Shown here: piece by piece, positions 25,401-38,789 of the stretch
Layout of the letters: the number at the start of each line of letters is the position of its first letter
Numbering within the stretch: the first letter of the stretch is position 1
Source of the DNA: Raillietiella orientalis
Taxonomy: Eukaryota
Length of the DNA: 64,000 nt
NCBI GenBank assembly: GCA_036172245.1
Contig: JAYWIR010000011.1
Span: 992,001-1,056,000, forward strand
Direction of reading: 5' to 3'
Position numbers and translations under genes: made by a program
The notes under the pieces: model-generated
What the model was told of the DNA's origin: nothing
What the model saw: only the letters and a program-made list of their open reading frames with translations
Databases searched by the model: none

Positions 25401-28129
25401 GAAGGAAAGAAGCGCTGCGTGGCTCTTCGCAAGTGCCCGGCAAGCCAGTCGCGGATGAAAGAAGATGGACTAGGGCTGCAGCTCCTGCTGTTATTGTTTG
25501 CTCTGCGGGTTCTGTATCCTTGTGTCATCGTTGTCCCGGCAGCGGACTGCGCAAAGGGAGATCAGCGCGGGGTACTCGCGCAGCCTCCACGGCCATCTCC
25601 ATCGCATCGCCATCGTGCGAAGATCCCCTCAAACCCCTCAATAACTGCCCCCGCCCGACCATCCGTCAGAAGCGCTTCCATCTTCCTTGGCGGCAGGCGC
25701 GAGTCGAACTGAGGTCGCGTGAAGGGAGGAGGAAACTTGCTGAGATGCTACATTTTCGAGACCTCATTTTTTTTTTTTTTCATTTCCTCCTTTCGTGCAG
25801 CCCGTTCGAAGATTTGCCTCTGCCCCACCTCATAGGGATCGAGGCAAGCGGAGGGAAGGGAGGAAAGTGGAGATGCGAGGAATTCAGGGGATGCCGATGC
25901 GCGCGCCCACAGTAGTGGAAGAGTTGAATAAGGTGGTGGTGAACTTCCCTTCCCCCTTTTCCCCTCCCCTCCCGGAGGCAGTGGGGTCAACCGTGCGATC
26001 TTGCAGTTGCGGAATCGTGGATCTTCGGATGGGCCGCCGCCGGAGGGAGGACGGCGTCTCGTGGCGCCACACCATTCGCTCTCCCCTCGCTTCCTCATTT
26101 CGCTTTGTTGCAAGCGGAAAACAACGCTGTTCTTCGCCATGAGGGTCTTCGGTGAGGCTGGATGAGGGTCATCTCCTAAAGGAAGTTCCTCTTGCCCTTT
26201 TTCACGACCCCACGCTCGTGCCCTACCCGGGAGTTTTTTTTTTTTTTTTTCGCAAACTCATTCTTCTGGTTTCCCTGTCTCTCTCTCTTGCCAATCCTTG
26301 AAAAGGAACGCCGGAGACGGAACGTGGTTGTATCCAGGAAGAGTCTCCTTCGTTCCTTTCCCCGCGCTCGATGTGGTCGTGAATGTGCACCAGGAACTGT
26401 TTGTCGAAAGGCGGGGGGGAAGACCACTCCCGCTCGTGAGCACCGCAGTTTTCTCCCTTCTGCACGTCCAGAGGGATGCAAACTCTCCCTCGAGGAGGGT
26501 TTTATTTTTTTTTCCTCCCCGGACGAGCCCCCAGACACCTGCTTTCCCTTTTGATTTCCCACCCACCCACTCACCTGACTTTGTGTTTTTGTATCCTGCC
26601 GAGAGATGGGAGCGCATAGCTTGCCGTAGGATGCCGGCAGATTTTGCTTCCCCTCTCCTGAGTGGATGGATAGCTGGCAATGGGTAACCCAGAGAGCTTG
26701 GCAGCGGGAAGGAGGGGTCCCCCTCTCCAAGGTTGAGGGAATTTCTGACATGAAACCACCCCTCAAGGACACGGAATGCCGCCGCTGCCGTTCCTCTCGA
26801 GAAGTGCGGGGAAGAGAGGGCTGTAGCGGTGGGCTCACCCTGCATCCCCGTGGAAGCGGGAAGACGCGGAGCGAGACAACCCGCTCTCGATCCCCAAGAT
26901 GAAGGTTTTCCGTTCCCGATTTGCAATCTGTATACGGTGCGGGACAGGGTCTTCCGCACCTGGGACACTGGGTCTCTTCCGTAGGGAGCACCTTCCGCGG
27001 GAAAAAGCGCAAAGCAGAAACTCTGTGTTCTCGGCGAAACCGTGTTCTGTGCAGGAGTAGGTGGTAGGAGAAGGGAAGGAACCAAGAAAGTAGGGGACTC
27101 TACGCAGGAGAATCTCCTCCCCGAGGAATTCGCCCCCCTCCCCTTCCCCTGCCAGAGGAGTCTCCCTCCCTCGTGCTAGGACGAAAGCATCTCGGCCCGG
27201 CGTGGCGACAGTGGTCTCCAGTGGCTGCCATTCTCATCGTGACGCGAGGAAGTCATAGGGAGGAGGAGAGGGAGGACCGCCTGGACTCTCGCGGGCCGTG
27301 GATTTTTTGAGGGGATACGCAATTGCCCGTCGGCTCTCTTAAAGGAGAAGAGAGGGGGGGGGAGGAATGCGGCTGATCACCGGGTTTTTGGCGGCCCGTT
27401 GTCGTCGGCGCGGTGTTCCCCTCTACGTAAGCAGGAGTCGCTCGGTGTTCTCAGGGTGCCCGTCTCTTCCCGCTGGGGATCAGAAAGATCCGTGCACTTC
27501 GTTGTTCCAGGCTTCGTTCACTTCGTCACCGCAGTGCTGGAAGGGCGGAGACGAAACCCAAGAAGTGCCCAAGGAGAGGGACGAAAGGGGAAGGACGAGT
27601 CGAGGGAAAGGTTCAGGACGACTTGAGCGAGAGCAAGGACGAACAGGGAATTCGAGGATTTGAAGGGAATCCGCGAAGACTCCCGCTGCTTCCCGGAGGA
27701 AACAGGTCCCCGTGCGCGTGCAGGGATTTTTGCCGGCGGGCTATTCGCGGCAGGGAAAGCAGGCGGGGGAGCGGCACTTGGCGTCCCACGCCGATGATCC
27801 TCCGAGGGGAAAACGAGGAAGGCGTTCCTGGGATGCCCCGAAGGCGAATCTTCCTTGGATTTTTTGGGACAAGGAAGGAGGCGCGCGAGGGCAGGCTGGA
27901 AACAGGGGACCGCCTGCCGGTCCCTCTTCCGCCAGCGGGGGCGGAGGAGCGTGGGGACGTCTGGGCGGGGCGCCGCTCACGCTTCTTGTAGCCCGCAGCC
28001 ACGCATGTGCCCGGGGCCTCCCAAACTCTCCCTGAGGGAGGAGAGCAGGCTCAGAGGGCGTCCGCGCAAAACTTTGCAAGGAAGACGGAGCAGATATCGA
28101 AGCTCGGGGAGGAAGCTGGAGAGGAGGCT

Positions 28130-28595
28130 CTTTCCTCGATTTCGCCAAGGGGTGCGCGGGGTTCTCAGACGCCGCGGTTCCGACGAAAACCTGCAAAAAG
28201 CCTGAATTCCCTCCAGGATGCCCACTTCCAGAGCTCTCCTCAGCCGGAACTGCTTGGAAGAGGAATTCGCGAGGCGCTGAGAGCTCATGCGGCTGTTATC
28301 CGAAGGAGGCAAACATCTCTCATTTCCCCCTCGGTGGTTTCCCTGCTACTCGAGGCAACCCACCAAGTGACCTCTCCCGGTCGGTAAGTGTGCAAGGCGC
28401 GGGCGAGGGTCTCCTCGCACCAGAGCGGGAATTCCCCTCGACGGGAACATCAGCTGCTTCCAGCATCTGTGCCGGCAGTCGCTGCACCCGGCTTCAGCCT
28501 CATTTCCCCCCCTCCTTCCACGCTCAGATGCCCACATCGCAGCAGAAGGGCGTGCTGCCGCAGGCGCGCGGCCATGGAACCTTTTGCTGGACCGC
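28130..28595 (+). mobile_element. Decayed non-LTR RT fragment; left arm of a large inverted repeat
   Basis: FLDFAKG at 28132 (resembles LDxxKAFD) and FPATRGNPPSDLS (resembles RGxRQGDPLS); 28348-28595 is reverse-complementary to 29078-29354. Confidence 0.45.
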
Positions 28596-29354
28596 ATCAC
28601 GCGATGAGGGAAGTTCTGACTTCCCGTGACTTGCACTTCAGCACCCTCCTGGCTTCTTGGAGCGGATACCGACCTTCTTTTACGAAAGAAACCAACTAGT
28701 ACGTGATGCAGTGAGCCGCGAGCAGCTTCGCATCCCTGGAGCCCTTCTGTGAAGACGTCGGCTTCGACTCTTCCAGCCAGCAACTCTTGGACGGGGTCTC
28801 CCTCTTTCCTGGCTCGAAGTTGTGCCAGCTACCCTCCGCAACCATTGCAAATCAGGGAGTGCAAAGGCGTCTCTACGCTCCTTTCCTCCTCCGAAGTCAC
28901 GAAGAGCCCGCGAAGGAGAGTGCTGCTAGAGAATTGAAAGGAAAACTCCTCTTCTATCTCTCAGCGGACTCCCCAACCCTCACAATGATGTCTGGAGCCG
29001 ATCCTCTGACGCTGGTTCCGAGACTTTGTGGGAGAGGAAACCATCCTTGCTCGATTTCTGTTCCGGCGAAGGCGATTTGCGGTCCCGTTGCAAAAGGTTC
29101 CATGGCAGCGCACCTGCAGCAGCACGCCCTTCTGCTGCAATGCGGACAACTGGTCGGGGGGGGGGGGGGGGGGAGGATGGAGTGAGGTTTAAACCGGGTG
29201 CAGCGACTGCTGGCGCAGATGCTGGAAACCTCTGATGCTCACGTCGAGGGAAATTTCCCTCTTTGGTACGAGGAGACCTTCTCGCGCGCCTTGCAAAGGG
29301 CCGCTCTCGCACATTTGCTGTCCTAGAAGGGTCTCTGGGGAGGTTGCCTCGAGT
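28348..29354. repeat. Imperfect inverted repeat, arms ~28348-28595 and ~29078-29354, spacer ~480 bp
   Basis: Matching blocks: ACTCGAGGCAACC/GGTTGCCTCGAGT, GCAGTCGCTGCACCCGG/CCGGGTGCAGCGACTGC, GCAGCAGAAGGGCGTGCTGC/GCAGCACGCCCTTCTGCTGC, GCCATGGAACCTTTTGC/GCAAAAGGTTCCATGGC. Confidence 0.9.
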
Positions 29355-29900
29355 GACTGGAAAACTGGCCTCTCATTTCGAGCCTGCCGTTCCCGGATGG
29401 ATAAATGGCAGGGTGAGGAAAGCCGAAGGTCACCAGAACTCTGGAGGAGAAAGACAGATCGCCAGTTCCCTTTTGCTTTCTCGGCATCTGCTCATGCGAG
29501 CCGCCAGGTTCTTTTCCGGTCGCTGCGGCGGCGTGCAGGACCCCCCAACGACCGGGCGCGCCGGAGCTCTCTCTCGGCGGACGGAGGAGGAAGATTACTT
29601 CACAAGGCCAGAAGGGGAAGAAGAAAAGAAAGAGGCGGCAGTGTAAATCTCGTACGGAAGCGCACAATGATTGCTCTGGAATCTTCTGAGGAAAAACTCG
29701 GGGGAGGCATCGTGAGGGGAATCAGCTCTGCGTTCTGAGTGCAAGGAAGATGGAGGAAGAATGGAGAACTAAAGGAAGGCTGAAAGAAGGGAAGACGTTT
29801 TTTTTTAGAAGATTGCCATGCAAAACTGTGGTTGAAATGCATCTGGAGGTGGATTCCCACCTCAGGAGTAGCTCATTGTGCAGGAAACTTCAACTGAGAA
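29078..29900 (-). mobile_element. Decayed L1/Tx1-like RT fragment; right arm of the inverted repeat
   Basis: In order on the minus strand: PPPDAFQPQF (resembles PGPDGF), DAEKA (29474-29488), RVLVTFGFPHP, FPVTRGNLPRDPS; frameshifted. Confidence 0.55.
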
Positions 29901-32900
29901 TTCATCCTTGTTGGAACAATGGCTTTCGGGACCGCGCAGACCTTTCGGGGCAGGCTAGGGCAAGATTGGAAACCGGATGGAGCCATCGAAAAAGTGAAAA
30001 AGAAGAGCCAAGTGGAAGTGAAAGAAGCGGCTGTAGCGTGAGGAAGGAAGGGGCCGCAAAGGCTTCGGATAGGAAGACATCTGGAAGAGCGAACAGCCTA
30101 ATGGAGGAGGAGAACTGCGAGATGGAAAAAATCGTGATGGACGCCTGGATTTCCCCTCCAGACAGAGGATCCACGTCTCTCATCATCGAGATTCCCTTCC
30201 GCCATCCATCTTTCTTCACCCCCAATTCAGACTCTGCAGTTCCCCTACCATCCGAGGCTTCCCAGTTCCTCCCTACTGACGACTGGCGGCAAGGGCGTCG
30301 GCGCTCAGGCAAATGCGAAGCGTTTGCCCGCGACGTAGGGAAGCTGCGAGTCTCGGAAGAGCACTGAACCAAACTGCGTCCGCATCCAGGCACCCTGCTG
30401 TCTGTTCGGAGAGAGAAGAAAGACGCCACAGGCATGTGGGCAGCATGACCACGCAGAGGAGAGTGCCGCGACTCGAGCAATGGGCGGACTGTTTCTTGAG
30501 AATTCGACGGACCCATTGTGAGATCGCCGACCACCTACAGCCAAGGGAAGACCTCAACGTGTTTCTCAGTGCCCAGAGCTCCCGAGAAGCTTCCGAGCGA
30601 AGTTCCCGGAGACTGGTGAGAGTGCCAGCCACAGATGATGGGCGATGGAGTGCGCAGAAGGGAGCGAAGAGGGGGGAGAGGGGAAATCCATTAGGAGGAA
30701 GAACCGAATCCCTTGCCGCCACCGGGCCTAAAATACCGAAAGGCAACGCTGTAAGGACTTCCGGGATCACAGCCTTCCCGCGAGCCGTTTTTGCGTTTTG
30801 AGGGAAGAATTCGAGGCCCGAGGGACCCTCGAGTGCAGGTCCTGAGTTCCCTCACGCGCGCCTGTCGACCGGAGTTGCCTATCTGAGGCCTCTCGAAGGG
30901 AAATGGAGGGGGACGAGAAAGCGCCGCATAACTCGGCCCTCCTCTGCCCCATCCCCTCCCCCGCTCTCTTCCCCCTTTAGACGGCAAGGCAATTCCCAGA
31001 GGGTCCCCGGCAAACCCGTGGGGAGACTCAGGGAGGCGGCGAAAGGGGATCGTTTTCCCCTGCACCCGTGGCTCAGGTTTATACGTTCTCCACTGGGAGC
31101 GGAGGAGCACGACGGGGAAGAAGAGTGGAGATATCCGCCCACCTCCGTGGACAGATCCCTCTCCAGAGTGTAAAAATGTGCGCTGCTCCCCCCGGGAAGC
31201 GAATTTTTAGGGAAATGGGGAAGCGTCCCTCCAGGTTCTCTTCAGAGGAGGAGGAAACCGGGAGCGACCCCCCTAAAGGAGACCCCTTCGGAGAGAATGA
31301 GGAAGAGTGGCATTTATAGGGCGGTGCCCTCCGGTGTTACCTCCTCCCCCAACTTGAAGAGTTACTGCACACACCTTGGGTGGCCTGGCCCAGTGTCTAA
31401 GAGCTTTGTGACCTCCCCTAAGGAGGCGGACGGTTTTTCAGCACTTGGCGAATCAAAAAGGAAAACTCGGAAAAAAATCCCTTTTTTTTGGAGGGGGGGC
31501 CCAGAAAAAACGCTGAAAGGAAATCAGGGAGACGGGAATCCGAGAGGATTTCCATCATCAAAGAAAGACGCGAGCTGCAAAGGAGACCTGCTGTCAGGGT
31601 CGCGGTTGGCGGCGTTGAATTTTCGATCTCCGCTCCGCCGGTCCGATGTCACGCTGCACGCCTTCCGAGGAGGAAACAAACAAAATGAAAAAGGACCTGC
31701 GCTTCCTTCTTACCGTTGCCGCGCACGGGAGGGAGCGGAAGTGTCCAGAAACGCAGGTCCGCCTCCAGAATGGGTCCTCAACTAGAGTCAACCTTTCCTC
31801 CCTGCTGCCCCCCTTCCCCCCTCCCCGCCTACCCCCGCTGTCTCCAAGGCACCTTTAACCGCAGCATCTCTTAATTCTTCTTTTTGCAGAGCTCGGCGTC
31901 AAACATTCCTGGAAGAAAACGTTCCGCGATCTCCGAGGTCCCACGCACCGCCCTCACGACTCGCCTCGTTTCGAGAACGACACGACAATCCACCTCGTGC
32001 ACCCTGCAGGAAGAGGCGTGGCCTTGCCGTGCCGCGTTCTGGAGTTAGGATCTCGTGTGGTAAGCCCAGTCCTCTTCTAGAAGACCTCCGTCTCGGAGGG
32101 AGCGCCGGGAGCACGCTCTCTCTCCTCTTCCTCCTCCTCCGGGAAGAACGCGAGTGCCGCCCGGAACCCGCGCCTCCCGCGATGGAGGGTCCCCAGCGGG
32201 GAAGCCGCGCTAACCTTCCTTTCTTGCCTGCGGCATCCGCTGGTCCTCGCTACGTCAGAAACCGCCAGGGGGGTTCCCCCTCCCCCCTTCCCTCCTTACC
32301 GCTTTCCCAGTTCGAGGAGAAGGCGAAATCCGGGTACATGCTGCCAGCCGGAGGAGGAAGGAACGCTCGGCGTTGCCGGGCGGCGCGCGCGTTCCTCTCA
32401 CCCCGTCCCCTTTCACCGCCCCCTCCTCGGCGGAGTTTCAGCGGGATCGGGGAACGAAGTTTCGAGGGGGGAACGCGTCTACCCAGAGGCTGTACGCGCG
32501 TGCAGCCATCAGCAGGAGGGGAAGACGCCAGCCGGAGGAAAGCCGTCTGCACGGAGTCGGCTCTGCAGAGAAAACGAAGATCTTTGCTCAGAGGAGGCGG
32601 TCTTCAAAGAGCACGTTGCGGCCTCTTCCCTCCCAACCAGGCAAACAAGAGGAAGATGTGTCCTCTCACCTCCGGTGCCGACGCCCTTGCACCGTCTCGC
32701 GCGCTCCGTCGGTCGCTTCCTCGTCTTCCCCTCTTCCTCGGCCCACCTGTTATTTTCCTCCGTGCTTTTCTCGGACTTGCCGGTTCTCCTCCTCCCTCCA
32801 TGCTCTCTCTCATCTTCGCTTGAAAAAAGGACGGTCAAAAAACAGGGGAAGGTGTCGCCTCCACGTGGATGGATGGTTCTCCTGTTTCGCGTCCCGTCTC

Positions 32901-33572
32901 CGGTTTCGGGACGGAGCGAGAGGTCGGGTCGCTTCTCGGGCAAGGCGGAACGCCGGTCTCCCCGGTCACGAAGAGCACCCGGAAGGGGACGAAGCCCGAA
33001 AAGGCTTCCTCTCGTCGAAGCCTGCCCGGAGGGCCGGGTCAGGTTCTTGGCCACCTGCGATCCTTCCTCATGGCCTTCCTCTTTCTCCCATCCGCTAGCC
33101 AGAGGCTGCGAATTTGAGCAAGTTCAAGGCCCGACGGGAGTCCGCTCCCCCTCCTCCGGACTCCAACCCTCACTTCCGCTCCGACGAGCGGGTTCCCAAC
33201 TTCCTGGAACTCTCGGAGGTGATTCATGAAGAGGAGCGGAAGCAGAATGACGTGAGGGCCCTACCGCCCATGTCTCACACGTCCAACAGTGATTAAGCGG
33301 CATTCATTTTTTTTTTTCCCCCTCCCCATCAGGAGCAGCTGCAGACAAATAGGGGATCGTTTCAACTTCCGAAGGGAGATCCCGCCTGAAGTGGTCCACG
33401 AGGAAATTTTGGCTCGAAACCGCCTCCGCCGCGACCCCTCTTCTATAAGAGCCTGGGGTCCCTTTAGAAGTAGGGCTCTCCGAGTCAACCCATTTTTTTC
33501 CCCTTGAGATTCCTACCTCGTCTCGCCCGCCGCCAAGGAGTCCCCGAACTCACGGGCGTCCTTCGCGCCGAA

Positions 33573-33644
33573 GTACCTCGGTACTCGTCGGTTTCGGCAC
33601 TCATCACGAGTTCCGCGACGAATTACCGACGAGTTCCGAGGTAC
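33573..33644. repeat. 20-bp inverted repeat (1 mismatch) with a partial repeat in the loop
   Basis: GTACCTCGGTACTCGTCGGT (33573-33592) / ACCGACGAGTTCCGAGGTAC (33625-33644); ACGAGTTCCG also occurs in the loop. Confidence 0.85.
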
Positions 33645-36562
33645 CACTGTGTCACTAATGCGTCGTACGAACGAGGCGTTCCCACTGAACGCTGCCGCGC
33701 ACAACGCACGCCATTTAAGTTTCCTGACAGTGCTGGTATTCTCCTTCCGTCTCCATCTGTCAGTTCTCGATCGCGTCAGCTAGTTCCCCGATGGGGAAGG
33801 ATTGTTCTCTTAATTCCCAAATGAGTCACGGGAGCGAGGTAACAGGCCGAGGCCCGCGTTTCCAGCTTGCGTTTTTCTTGCATGCACCCGGAGGCACCCG
33901 TCTGCCCGATGTTCTCCCTCCTGCGAGATGGTCTTTTTCCACCGGTTCTCTGGAGTTCACCCCGTGCCGAGCAGATGCCTTCAGCGAATCTGCGTTATCG
34001 GCGACGGCTTCCTGATGAAGACGCTCTTTCTCTGGCCTGGAGCAAGAAAGGAACTGGACCTCTTACATATCCTGGGGACACCGTTAGCGTTCAGCGGCCA
34101 AGCAAGAAGGACGCTCTTACTCTGCGGTTGTCCTCCTGTAATCCTCAAGGGTGAAGTGTTGACCTCGAACTTAAGCCAGGAAACCCGCTTTAGATTCCCG
34201 AGTCTGAGTTTCCACCATTCCACCGTGGATGCGATTCGGTGCAGCTGTAGCCGAAGAATTCACGTCAGCTTCCCCACGCGATGGTGACCAGGCACTGCCG
34301 TGGAGCGAACCCTGGTTCTAGCAAAGCTGGGCAACGCAAATCGCCATTGCAGCTTAGTCGAAGAACCGGCTGCCTCGCTGAGATTTTGGCGATTCGGTTT
34401 GATTGGAGCCAGCTTTGTGAAACGGCCCCGCCGCTTCGTCTGAACATCTCGGTCCTGGCTTCTGCTCATTAGCGATGCCTCATCTTCGTGGTGATCATTT
34501 TCTCGTCATCTCTTGGTCATTTTCTTGTCCTTCGAAGGTGACGGATTTAGGCGGATGTAATCACTCAGCACCTTAGGAACGGGATCAGAGCTGCTTGCGC
34601 TTGTTCCAGATGAAAGGTCATTCGAAAAATGCCTTTACTGGAAAATTTCCTGATCTTCCAGAAAAATTCAGTCTTTTGGCATCGCGTACCGGCCGCCTTG
34701 AGAAAATCGAAGGGTCTCGCCTCTCTCATGAGCTTCCCGATCCCCTCGTGCAATTTGTTCCCGGAAATCTCAAGTGCATCGGTTGTGCAGATCCTCAGAC
34801 CAAGGATATCAAGGAAGCATATCTTTCTTTCCTCTTCCTTGGTTGTCATAAGCGGAAATGCCTCTAAGCATTGCTGGTTTTTACTATATCCTATCTTCTG
34901 GAAATCCACCCGCTGATTGGATAAGAAGAACCACTGATCACGCAGCCACTGGTAAACACAGCGAATCCAAGGAAAGCAGCCACTTCCATCACATCCTCAT
35001 CCCCTAAACCGACACTTTTATCAGCGAAGCCCTGCCCTGCCTGCGGTGCACTCGTAACTCTCAGGTTCACTTCGTAAATGGCAGATATGAGAGCCGTCTT
35101 TTATCTCCCACTGCTGGTGCTTTATTTTGCCTTGATCATGTTGGAAACAGCAAGTAACTGGCCGACGAGCCTCCGAGGATTATCATCCCAAATGAAAGCA
35201 TCGGCGGGCCTTCACAGTTTTCAGGAGTAGCAGACGCTCTCGTTCGTCAGCCGGGAAACGCAGCATCGAGTGTCTCTCGGTCGCAGACTCACGCTCTTGT
35301 CTTCGAACTGAGTGCCGCTTAGTTGATTTCCAATTCCTGGCACCTGCATTCCATTCCCATTGCTGCTGCCGTCGTCGCATTTGCAAGAAACTTCTTTAAG
35401 GCTCGGGGCCAAGGTGCCTGTTGTAAGAGCGAAGGAAAAGGAAGGCGAGTGTTGGGGAGACGAGTGCTTCGTTCGTAGAAGCAGCTGCAGATACACGTGC
35501 GATCATTTTCTGAGGGGAGATTCCGACTGAAGTGGTCCACGAGGGAACTTCGCTTCGAAATCTCCAAGTTGTTTTCTTTTTTGAAATGTCTCCAGCCTGC
35601 ATTCCGATCAGGCGCGAAGGGCGGCAGGGATTCAGGGTTCGGCAGTCCTCATCAGCATGAACGCGATCTCAAGTGGAGACGTAGCGGCCATCCCCGTTCG
35701 GTGCATGCGGCATCGTGAGGAAGCGAAGGCGGAGAAGACGGACCCTGGAGGAATGAGAAGGAAAGGAAAGGCTTGGCGCCGGTATCGGCTGACCAGAAAA
35801 GAACGTTCGAGCTTCCTCCCCCAGGTGGACTTCGGGAAGAGAATTGCAATCAGATCATCCTCGAAGCTCTTCGAAGGAACATCGGCGTTTCCACCTTTGG
35901 TGTGGTTGCCCCCCAGAGGTTTTCTTTCCTCTCCGCTTCTTCCGGTCCTTGTCATTCTGCGATTAAATAATCCAAGTGTTTGCTTGCGCGGACCTCAACA
36001 AAAGCGACATTAGCCGCTGCTGTCGAAGTCGCCGAGCCCTATTCTGGTAAGCACTTCTCCCTTGGATACCACGAGCTCCCTGCATGGCGTGCATGGTGCC
36101 ACGAGACGCACCGCCGATAAGGCTGCAAATCTCGGCCTTCCACAGGAGTTTCGGGCCGGCCCTCTCTCTTCGTGCGCCTCAGCAAAAGTCAGGTTTGTCT
36201 CTGAACGAAGAAACGAGGTCCCTCTAACTCCCGGACCCTTTTCTTCCTCCAAGGTCTTCCTCAGTCTCCGAGATATCCGTTGAGCTCCGCATGCTGTCCC
36301 CAGTCCGAACCGAATTCGATTCAGCCAATGCTGCGAAGCTCGTAAACTGTAAACTGTGTCGTAAACTGGCGCCAACCACCCAATCCAAGCGCAAACATAA
36401 ACTTCTGTCACATGAGTAATTCAATAAACCAGTTATAACTCAAATATTCATTAAACTCTTGCATACTACTACTAATTGATTCCCATTGAGGCAAACTTTC
36501 TTCCCAATCGCATTAAACTTCAAAAATGGTTCTCCTTTGCCGTTAACAAACGTTCGCGTCAA

Positions 36563-37083
36563 CCCTTTGGGTGCGGAGCTCATCGGATTGAAACCGTTCC
36601 GTGTTGACGTCACGCGAGCCGCAGTTCGACAGAGTGCTTTTTTCGCGCGCTGCGTGCTCCGCAGAGGTACCAACTGACTTTACGAAATGCCGATTCAAGT
36701 TACTATTACAATTGTTTATTTACGCTACATTAAATAAAATACTTTCATTCTTCCCAAACGCGTATTATTCATCCAAAAATCATAATTACAATGTGAATCG
36801 ATCGATAATTCATTCACATTTTCAAGATATCGCAAAGATAAAAAAAAACAATAGAATAAATTTTGTGCGGCACCCCGAGAAAAACCGAGAAATCGTCAGC
36901 CGATATAACTCGAGTTTCGTTTGCTATCGTTGCCAAGGGGATTACAAGAACGCAAGTGTATGTGTCCATCTCAAACACTGATAGTGTTCAAAGGTGAAAA
37001 CGTTTGCCAAATGCATCTGTGCGTCCACAGTCCACGCCGATAATTTTCGTCGGGAGCACATATGCGTCCACAGCACCAAAGGG
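36563..37083. mobile_element. Candidate piggyBac-type MITE
   Basis: Left end TCAA|CCCTTTGGGTGC, right end GCACCAAAGGG|TTAA: imperfect TIR with CCC/GGG termini and a TTAA-like target site; subterminal TGCGTCCACAG repeated (37020, 37063); AT-rich non-coding interior. Confidence 0.5.
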
Positions 37084-38789
37084 TTAAACTGCCTCTTGAT
37101 TTTTCACATAAAATTTGAAATGCATATACACAATAAACACGAATATATTTTCAGCACTGAACTTACCTTCTCTTTAAAAATTAACATGTTTATCGAGGGC
37201 CTTATTTTATAGATTATTAAGTGTTCGTTAATTATCTGAATATTTATGTATATCAAAGCATATTTCTCAATCTGTCTCAACGTGTTATTATAAATATTTT
37301 ATTTATTATCAGATATAAAAGAAAATATGTAATTAATTAATGTTCAATTGTATATATATGTATATGATAGTAAAGTAAATATTAATATTCTATTTTTAAT
37401 GGGTGTAACAATGTGTATATAATTAATTAAAATATGATAAGTAACCTTTTCTTTGTTTCAAAATCGCTACTACTTTATACACAATCCCTTAATTATGACT
37501 AGGTGGTACCTATCCAACCACACTCCATCAATCAATCCCCTTGGCTCTATTATAATAATCAAGTATTGAGAATTTCATTTAAAAAATAGTAGTAACTGGA
37601 GAAGGAAAAACTTTCTCACGCGCTAATTCCACTTATTTCTGCCTGGAAGTCGGTTTTTTTTTTTCATATTTACACATAAAAATCCTTGGATTGGTTTAAC
37701 CCTCAGCATCCCAGTAGTGCCCAATGGACACATTTCCGTATCGAGTTGGATGCAGAATCAAAAGTATTCATTTGATTGCGAAATTACTTTGTCTGATTTA
37801 TGCTCTTTGTTTAATTTTCGAAAATTATCTCACCGAAATTTCAAAGAAAGAAGCAAATCCTTTTCTTCATTTGCATAGCTTGCGAACAACACAGCATCAC
37901 AACTCGGGCGTGTCCGTCGGACACGGTTTGACGTAACGCGAATTCCCCCCTTCTGAACCTACGAGAACCTACGAGTAAGTAATGTGAAGGTTGCGTAGCG
38001 CTACTGTTTTTGCCTATTCCGTCAGCATGTGAGACGCGCGCGAGGCTTTTCTCGTGGGCGGTGAGTGCCGCAACTTCCCAGAAATGGCGCCTGAAGTCGG
38101 TGGCCAGCAATCTCGCAGTGGTGCCGAAAACGCAAAGGAAGAGGAAATGACTGCGGCAATCCGATCGACGAAGAATAGGAGGAGAGGAGGTGGCGCCGAG
38201 GGGGAGGCGGCACCGGAAGACCCGAGAAGATATGGCACCGCGGCATAAGGGCCGGAGGAAGGGATTCGAGATCCCGTCCTCCATTCGTTTTTCCCACCGG
38301 AAGGCACGGGAGCCTTTTGCGAGACGCACCGACTCCGAAGCTGAAAGAGAAGGATCGGGGTGGGAACGGAACCCACGGACGCAGTCGAATCGCAAGCATC
38401 TGTAGGTCTGCCGTGGACCACTCGTGGTGTTGGTACGCAGAGCAACGTGGATTCCAGAGATGGCGGGGGTCCGGCATTTGGTAATCCAATGTTCCGTGCG
38501 ACCACGGGGAGGAATCGATTTGCGTCCACTTCTAACGTTCTCTAAGATTCGACGATGAAAAGCACCGAAAAGGTCAACAGATGAACCAGCGCTAGGAAGA
38601 AGAAAAACTGCGTTGAATGTCTCCCTAAATAAATAATAGTACTATTCGTGGCTTGTCTAACATGATAAGGATGAAAAAATTGGTGATGTTTGAAGAGCTC
38701 AAACAACACCAGTGACGTTTGTGGGACGCTAGATTTCGAAGGGTTTCTTCGATGAAGATGTTTTTGGTTCAGTCATGATGGAAAATTAG

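Noticed and set aside
24494..33229. Many overlapping 150-280 aa ORFs
   Set aside because: Arg/Pro/Gly/Ser-rich, present in all frames, expected from high GC; no domains
34500..36000. Possible BEL/Pao gag-protease remnant on the minus strand
   Set aside because: Only faint motifs (PKVETPMF, ERLLLLKTVKARRCF); no LTRs or intact zinc knuckles
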